Positions 63,640 through 64,000 of a stretch of DNA of 64,000 nucleotides are shown here, piece by piece (the first letter of the stretch is position 1; each line of letters opens with the position of its first letter). The stretch covers positions 108,316,001 through 108,380,000 of the forward strand of contig NC_087436.1 in the NCBI RefSeq assembly GCF_036321535.1. Direction: 5' to 3'. This DNA comes from Camelus dromedarius (lineage: Eukaryota). Below the pieces are notes generated by a model that saw nothing but the letters and a program-made list of their open reading frames with translations, searched no databases and had not been told where the DNA came from. A program made the position numbers and the translations under genes.

Positions 63640-63992
63640 TTCTAGAACTCTCAAAAATAATGTTGAACACTGAAAATAATATATACATTTCTAGGGCAAA
63701 ATTTATATGAATGAAAAAACCTCACAGTGCTATATAGACATTGATACTTATACAGTTTAAAAATGGATTGTAAGGACACATAATAAATTCATTGGTGTTC
63801 TTACCTATGGGCAGAGTAGTAAGGAGGAAGAAATTAGACTGGAAAGGAGGAAAAAAGTGATTTCAACTATATTTTATGTTTTATATTTTGAAAAAAAAAT
63901 GTTAAATATCATGCGGACAGCTATGTAGTGTGTTTATAAGTAGCTTGCCACATTTCTCTTCTGCATTTTAATTTAAACAGAAATTTAAAAAG
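63640..63992 (+). mobile_element. L1ME-like 3' UTR fragment
   Basis: CTCAAAAATAATGTTGAA, TTACCTATGGG..GAGGAAG, TTCAACTATATTTTATGTTTTAT; heavily diverged. Confidence 0.55.
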
Positions 63993-64000
63993 AGTATGGT

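Overview
AT-rich, CpG-depleted placental-mammal genomic DNA, intronic or intergenic. It is most likely camelid (alpaca/llama/camel): one Vic-1-like tRNA-Ala SINE is present and no Alu, Bov-tA, PRE or CAN SINEs were seen. I recognise no host protein-coding exon. The only ORFs resembling real proteins come from a young, 5'-truncated, TSD-flanked L1 (12817-14765, minus strand). The rest is ancient repeats (L1M, L2, MIR, MLT1 LTRs, hAT elements), microsatellites and repeat-poor blocks that may be regulatory. The best find is a 39-bp tailless retro-insertion of the 5' half of elongator tRNA-Met(CAT), with a 5-nt putative precursor leader, between perfect 16-bp target-site duplications (26950-27020). 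I found no evidence for a new multi-gene system. Repeat subfamily names are from remembered consensus sequences and need RepeatMasker/Dfam confirmation. Boundaries of old repeats are approximate.
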